This document shows positions 56,777 to 64,000 of a stretch of DNA of 64,000 nt, piece after piece. Source of the DNA: Eledone cirrhosa (Eukaryota). The stretch lies in assembly GCA_964016885.1 (NCBI GenBank), contig OZ024743.1:289540001-289604000 (forward strand), in the 5' to 3' direction. Every line of letters begins with the position of its first letter. Positions within the stretch are counted from its first letter, which is position 1. The notes under the pieces were generated by a model, which was given only the letters and a program-made list of their open reading frames with translations, searched no databases and was not told the DNA's origin. The position numbers and the translations under genes were made by a program.

Positions 56777-57241
56777 GTGTGTATATATGAATATGTATAT
56801 ATATATATATATATAAGTTATTGGGAAAAAGAAAGGAGAGAAGGAAAATAGAAGGGAAAAGGGGAAAAAGGAAGAAAAAGGAAACAGCGAAAAAAACAAC
56901 AAACCAAAGAATGTGCAGCAACTGAAGGCAAGGGAATCCAAGACCACAGCGGTAACAGAACGTGTGATCGAACGTGTGATCGAACATAAAAGGACGTGAC
57001 TGACCCAAGCGAGTGTAAGTGAGAAAAAGACTGCCAGAAGGTCAGACGGGGGAAACAATGAGGTGGCAGTCAGAGAGAGGGTGAGTGAAAGTGAGAGGGA
57101 TAAAGGGGGGAGAAGAAAGAGGGGGAAGAGTAGATAGTAAGGAAATAGGTAGGTAGAGGGAGAGAGAAGACGGGTCATAGCGAACACATGAAAATATATG
57201 GAGAATAGGATGGCTGTGTAGTTCCTAGTAAAGTTAAGCTT

Positions 57242-57338
<97 letters not shown>

Positions 57339-57522
57339 ATACTTGGGGAGGGTTATATTGTTTTGATAATATTGCCAGAAATAATAACAGAACACACTCA
57401 CTGTTTGGTTGGTTTTCGCTTCTGTATCTTTTATATTTCCACAGTTAATTCATTTGGTCCTCAATGTTTATCATTCACTGACCAACGGTCAAAAATACTG
57501 ATATAAACAATATATATATATA

Positions 57523-57640
57523 TATAAAGAAAAAAAGATGAAATCGAAAATGCAACATTTCCGATTTCATCTTTTTTTCTTTATACTTTCAATCGTGTAG
57601 GACACCTCGTTTATTTTTCATTTTGTAAAAATCCCGCACG

Positions 57641-57645
<5 letters not shown>
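57523..57645. mobile_element. Fold-back element, family F
   Basis: 30-bp arms 57523-57552 and 57556-57585 (29/30 complementary), 3-nt loop, 60-bp tail, (TA)n on both sides. Confidence 0.7.
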
Positions 57646-57680
<35 letters not shown>

Positions 57681-59113
57681 GGATAACAAATTATCGTTAT
57701 AGATAATCCAGTTAGCGGTTGTGAATACTCCGTAGTGTGGATAGTTTTAGCGTAGGGCGTTGTTTGACACAACAAGAGGTTTCCTTAGGTAGCGAGATTA
57801 TGAGTTCTCAGGAATTCCTATGCAGGTTAATCTTGGAGTAATAATAGTGAAAGAATGAAGAATAGCATGGTTAACAGTACAAAAAGGGTTTTATTTACAG
57901 TATTAACAATTGTTTCATTGATTAAGTTGTCTAAACATTGCTAATCACTTTTAAATACAATGTATGCTTAATTAAATCACCAGAAACTGATTAAAATTAT
58001 ACACGGCGTTTGTAATATACTAGGAAAATTCAAATCACAACATCAGTAATAGAAAAAGAAAAAGAAAAAGAAAAAAAGAAAAAGAGAGAGAAAAAGAAAG
58101 AAGAACAATGAAAAGAGAAATAAGAAAAAAAAACTTTGCAATATGGAGTTGCTCCATATTTTAAAATATGACAAAATGCTGCTTAACAGCAAAATAGAAC
58201 GGTCAATTTTCTGTAGGCATAAAGCAGCTACTAAATTCGATAATTTCAAACCAACTTGATTCGACCCAACAATTCCATAATTCAAATTGTACCACCTGAG
58301 TCTATTATAATAACCTATTATTATTATTATTAACTGTCAAATCTCGCCGAGGTTAACTTTGCCTTTCATCCTTCCGGGGTCGATAAAATAAAGTACCAGT
58401 AATGCTCTGGGTAATTGCTGGTGTGCCAAAAGTAGAAACAATTATTATTATTAACTGTCAATAAATCAACTAATCACTGAATCAACATCACAACCATCTA
58501 ACTTTTCCTCCTTTCACTCTCTTTTCCTAAATCTATTTCAACTCTTACATTATATCCTATCGAATTCTCTTCACTTCTAACATAACTTCCAATTTATTAA
58601 TTTAGTAATTTAACCAATACATCTATGTATATATTTAGTATTTTCATGTTTATACCATCACATCTTTATATTTTAACCACCAACACCACAACTATTTTCA
58701 ACAATCATATGTTCACTTTTCTTCGCACACATATAAAAATATTTTATTAATTAATTTATTTATTTTATTTATTTTATCATCTTCATTCTAACTTATTTAT
58801 TATTATTTATTTATTATTTTTTCTTTATCTTTTTTCTCTTTTCTTTTTACTTCTTTCTTTTTCTCTCTCTCTTTTTCTTTTTTGTTTCTTTATTACTGAT
58901 GTTGTGATTTGAATTTTCCTAGTATATTACAAACGCCGTTATAATTTTAATCAGTTTCTGACGATTTGATTTAGCATACATTGTATTTAAAATTGAGTGA
59001 CAGAACTTCAAGTGATTAGCAATTTTTAGACAACTTAATCAATGAAACAATTGTTAATACTGTAATTAAAACCCTTTTTGTACTGTTGACCTTGTTATTC
59101 TTCATTCTTTCAC
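57681..59113 (+). mobile_element. 5'-truncated Penelope-like element with inverted pseudo-LTR (family A)
   Basis: 58131-58259 encodes KLCNMELLHILKYDKMLLNSKIERSIFCRHK...stop, matching the C.LC..E...I...LLN...E....CRH end of PLE GIY-YIG ORFs of aquatic invertebrates. 57845-58055 is the reverse complement of ~58890-59115; (TA)n flanks. Confidence 0.8.
58341..58440 (+). mobile_element. SINE family 1, 5'-truncated, nested in the PLE, 21-bp direct flanking repeat
   Basis: attattattattaactgtcaa at 58320-58340 and 58441-58461 (partly overlapping the SINE ATT tail). Confidence 0.92.
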
Positions 59114-59682
59114 TATATATAACTATATATATATATATATATATACACATATATATACACACATATATATATACACACATATATATATATACACATATAC
59201 ATATATACACATATGTATACATATATGTATACATATATGTATACATATATGTATACATATATGTAGTGGAAGAGAGAGAGAGAGTGTGTGAGAGAGAGTG
59301 AGTGTGTGTGTGTGTGAGAGAGAGACAGAGAGAGAGAGAATGAGTGTGTGTGTGTGTGTGTGAGAGAGAGCGAGAGAGAAGTAGGGAGTAAAGTGAGTAC
59401 AGTCAAATAAAAGTGAAATCCTCACATAAGGTGGGAGATTAATATATACGCATCCTAACAGTTTGGTCTATGAGTGTTTTACCTCTGGTTTCACTAGACG
59501 TAATAAAAATGTCTCACACTTCAGATGCCATATGAATTATTATTTTTATGGTTTATGGCTTGGACACATTTGTTTATGTGTAATCAACCTAGTGATAATG
59601 CCCCAATTCCACAAACTGCTAATACATGTTTCTTGTCCAAACACATAAACACATACACACAATCATGCACTTATAAACCCTC

Positions 59683-59754
<72 letters not shown>

Positions 59755-59993
59755 CAAAAGATAGATAGATAGATAAATAGATAGAGAGAGAGAGAGAGAG
59801 GGAGAGGGAGAGAGAGAGAGAGAGTGAGAGAGAGAGAAAAGGAGAGAAGAGAGAGAAATGAAAGATATATTAAGTTTTCGGACGTTGTTGCTAAACTGAG
59901 AAATAAAGAAAGGATCTTTGAGAGAAATAGCAAATAGAGAGTGGGGGAAGTTGAGAGCAGAAAACTTGTGAACCACCTTTACTAAATGATTTC

Positions 59994-60044
<51 letters not shown>

Positions 60045-60211
60045 TAAGAAGACGAAAACGAGTTTTCACATTGAGATATTTATAGAGTAGGGTCAGTTAC
60101 GAACGTTTCACAGATGGACTGGTCAGGATCCTTATTCGTGTTAGAGACCCGATTCCAAACCCAATCTGCTCATCAACTTGTTAATCAAGGAAAACGCACA
60201 CACACACGCAC

Positions 60212-60308
<97 letters not shown>

Positions 60309-60591
60309 AATGTGTTGTGTGTTTACATAGCTAGTTGGCGAATAATACTAATTTCTGCAGGAGCTATCTTCTACAGAACTCAATGCCTTTAGTTGAATTG
60401 CATATGCAATATTAAAAGTGTGGATAAACACCGACATCTGGTTGTTATTGGCATAATATGCAAAGTGTTTATATTGAGAAAGAAGAGATTTGTCAAACAG
60501 ATACCACGATTTGGATGACAAGTGAAAACATGAAGTTCTAGTAAATGATACTTGCCCGAAATGCTACGCAGTGGGAAGCGAACCCTATAAC

Positions 60592-60996
<405 letters not shown>

Positions 60997-61324
60997 CAGT
61001 AGCTCTAATATAATCAGATTCATAATTGTGCAGCTATGAATCGCGCATGTTAGTGTTATTGCAAATTAATCCCAGCAAAGCCAGGAACGCCTTATATGAA
61101 AATGAACTTGTCATGAATATATTTTATTACCATATATACATCAACAATAGCTTATTCTAATCTTAGTTCGACGTGTGTAAATATTACATAGGAAATATTA
61201 CATTACGAAACATCAAGCTACTGAGATTGTCGTGAGCTTAAAACAGTCAAAGCAGCACTTATATACACATATATTACGCATAAACATGACGTATATACCT
61301 ATTCTGCTATCCCCCCTCTCTCTC

Positions 61325-61375
<51 letters not shown>

Positions 61376-61378
<3 letters not shown>

Positions 61379-61445
61379 AACCAGTAAGACCCCGACAGCT
61401 GAGCTCAAGCCGTTTCGACGGCTAATTCTGGACTTTTCCTTCGTT
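61376..61445. mobile_element. Family C element, collapsed copy
   Basis: Shares cccgac.gc.gagct.aagccgtttcgacggcta with 15064-15097 and the terminal ccttcgtt with ~15216-15223; (TA)n on both sides. Confidence 0.7.
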
Positions 61446-62126
61446 ATATATATATATATATATATATATAAATGCAGATGAATTAGCAAATGGGGAACAC
61501 AAATTGAAGTGATAGATATAGACAAAATTACAAGCCGATCGGAGGTCAAATCATTCAGCATAAACATAATTAGTCAAGGCTGGGAAAAAGAGTAGAGGTA
61601 AGCTCTCAAATTTCAATATTGCATTGTCTAAGCCAGATCTCTCAACGTTTAATGAGTATCAGGCACTGAGATTTATTAATGAATACAAAATACGTTGGCT
61701 TTGAACTAGCCTTATACTATTGAAATATATTTTATCACGAACAGGTTGTATATATTATTGTGGAGACTATGACATTATTTCTTCCAACGTAAAATCTACG
61801 AGTCTATGAACTAGGTGATTAAACTCTATGAAGTAAGTGATTAAAAATCTTTCAAGAATGGAGGTGCAATATATTGTGAAAGGTCTACCAACTATAAAAA
61901 ATATGCTACAGTAAATGGAGGCTATGGAAATAGTCAACGTTAAACTTTTAACTGCATTATATTTGTCCTTGCTTTTCACATTCTTTTTTCTATTTATGCT
62001 TCTTTTAATTCCTGTTGTCCTCTTTCTTATTTTTCTTTCTCCCTCCAATTATTTTGATCCTTAATTGTAAAGAGTATTAGATACATTTCCTTGTCTCTCA
62101 TACTAAATTTACGGACGTTTGAATTG

Positions 62127-62182
<56 letters not shown>

Positions 62183-62190
<8 letters not shown>

Positions 62191-62279
62191 TAACAGATTA
62201 AAATTTAAGCAAAGTATCACTGCTTTCACCCTTAAGGGTGAATCTTTAATCTGTTATTTTAATAAATATTTTCTCTACG

Positions 62280-62315
<36 letters not shown>

Positions 62316-62362
62316 CCTTATCGAGCCCGCTTTGGATTTTAGTCTTCACATTTGTTATTATC
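62183..62362. mobile_element. Fold-back element, family E copy 2
   Basis: Homologous to 37576-37800; folds at ttcacccttaagggtgaa (62225-62242); the right arm is internally deleted and the tail is split by an expanded (TA)n. Confidence 0.75.
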
Positions 62363-62364
62363 TA

Positions 62365-64000
62365 TCTCCGGATGGTATAGACGTTCTTCACATTGGCTCC
62401 GCGAGTATTGGAGATATTACGTGTTAACAGTGAGTGTTTGTCTGTATTCTTGCGTTATTGTGTTAATTAACCCTCTTGCCTGGGTCTTCGGACATTAGGG
62501 TTTATTTATTTCACCGCTTTTGGGGTGACATTTTTCATTCTAAAAATCTTGTAATTGTCTCTACGTTAGTGGTAATGGAAGCCATTACCACAGGTAACGA
62601 TGACACGCCCACTAAACAAACTGAAGGAGTGCGGGTAACGGAGACAACAAGCCTCCCTACTGAAAGAATAATGATTATTAGAAACATTGAAAAAATGGAG
62701 CCTAACCCTAATGAAAAAAATGTGAATAAAATTGACTCGGAGAAATTGCCAACATTAATGGATGCCGTTTCGACTTTTCACGGTGCCACGCCCACCAGCA
62801 AAGGTGAAAGAGAACTAGTAGCTGTAACTCCGAGTCTCTCGGATACTGAAAATATAAATGAACATTTTGAAAAAATGGAGTCTAACCCCAACGGGGAAAA
62901 AATGTGAACTCATACACCAACATAAATAACACAAACACAACAAAAAAAATGAAAATTGTAACAACAAAAAACAAGAAAACCACATTTCGACAAATGTAAA
63001 CAGAGAGAGGAGGGGGGCGGGGGGACAAAATGACGTTCGCGCAAAGAATAAAAAAAACTATCGTGTACGAACCTACTGACATTTCGAACATGGCCCAGCA
63101 AATGGAAAATGCACGGAAGTATATAACTTTGGAGGACAATGGTCTATTTTCTTTAAATTCTCCCTCAGAGCTAAAAAAGGAAAATAGCTTATAAACTATT
63201 ATTTATAGGACAATATCAAACAAAACCCGTAAGCCAGTACAACTCACACAGACCGGGATTGAACTGGCGTTAAAAGATCATCTGAAAAACATTGTATTTA
63301 TTCGGAAGGATAGACTCTACGGTAATCTATCCATCCGAATGAAAGATAAATTGACGGCCGAAATAGATTCCCTGGCCCCAATTGTGTCCCCCTTATTTAT
63401 CTTCTTCCCCACTTATTTGGGAAGAAAAACACAAAGATTGACCATACACAGTATCGATCCAGATATTGATTTCTGGGCGGTACTGTGTGGCCTCCTCAAC
63501 TGGAAAGAGGATGCAGTAATTTCGGTAGGTAAGTCTTCCAGCAACGTGTTCGGTGGAACAAACCTGCAAGTTCTGGTGCAAATGCAGCCAGAACGAATTG
63601 CTAGGATCCCCGTCCGCATATTGCTGGATGGGCTTGCCTACTTACACATCACAGTGGAGGGTAGACGACCCGCTTGTTACCTCTGTGGTGGCAGGGGTCA
63701 CCTGAGGGCTGCCTGTTCCCAAGCAAACAAAAAAAAACACCGATTTTGCCCACACCAACAACTACAACTCTAACAACACAACCTCCACCACCACCACAAA
63801 AACAGGTAACACCACAAGGTAAAACACAACTGAAAACAATCCCCCCCCCCACATACACACAGAAAACAAATACAATAACACCCACACCACAAACACGAGC
63901 CGAAAATGAACCCCTCTCCTCGAATACGAAAGACGACCCCTTTTCGTCGTCAGACGTGGGGGGGAGGGGGACACTTTCATAAAGTAAAAAAAAAAAAAGA
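62365..64000 (+). mobile_element. 5' part of an L1/Tx1-like non-LTR retrotransposon: leader and frameshifted ORF1 with CCHC zinc knuckle; runs off the window
   Basis: IPVRILLDGLAYLHITVEGRRPACYLCGGRGHLRAAC (knuckle at 63675-63716), followed by a P/T/Q-rich tail. Candidate ATG at 62575; frames broken at homopolymers. Confidence 0.75.

Overview
This is AT-rich eukaryotic, non-genic DNA (large intron or intergenic), most likely from a coleoid cephalopod such as Octopus. That call rests on the extreme (TA)n/(CA)n/(GA)n/(TACA)n density and on SINE families I recognise from octopus sequence; no search was run. I find no supportable host exon, rRNA, tRNA or CRISPR array, and nearly all track ORFs are microsatellite read-through. 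The window is a mosaic of decayed mobile DNA: an R4/Dong-like LINE embedded in (CATA)n plus a 3' fragment and an old RT relic, an RTE LINE with a 5' inversion plus a 3' fragment, CR1/Jockey-like 3' ends, an L1/Tx1-like ORF1, a non-autonomous Helitron, two mariner-type MITEs, many tRNA-derived SINEs and a 22/23-bp minisatellite. The most striking structure is a recurrent architecture inside (TA)n tracts: short arm, fold point, long arm (short arm plus a tail), then microsatellite. It occurs in at least five unrelated sequence families, and independent copies reuse the same termini. One copy (57681-59113) still carries a Penelope-like (PLE) endonuclease C-terminus, so these look like minimal fold-back products of (TA)n-targeting PLEs.
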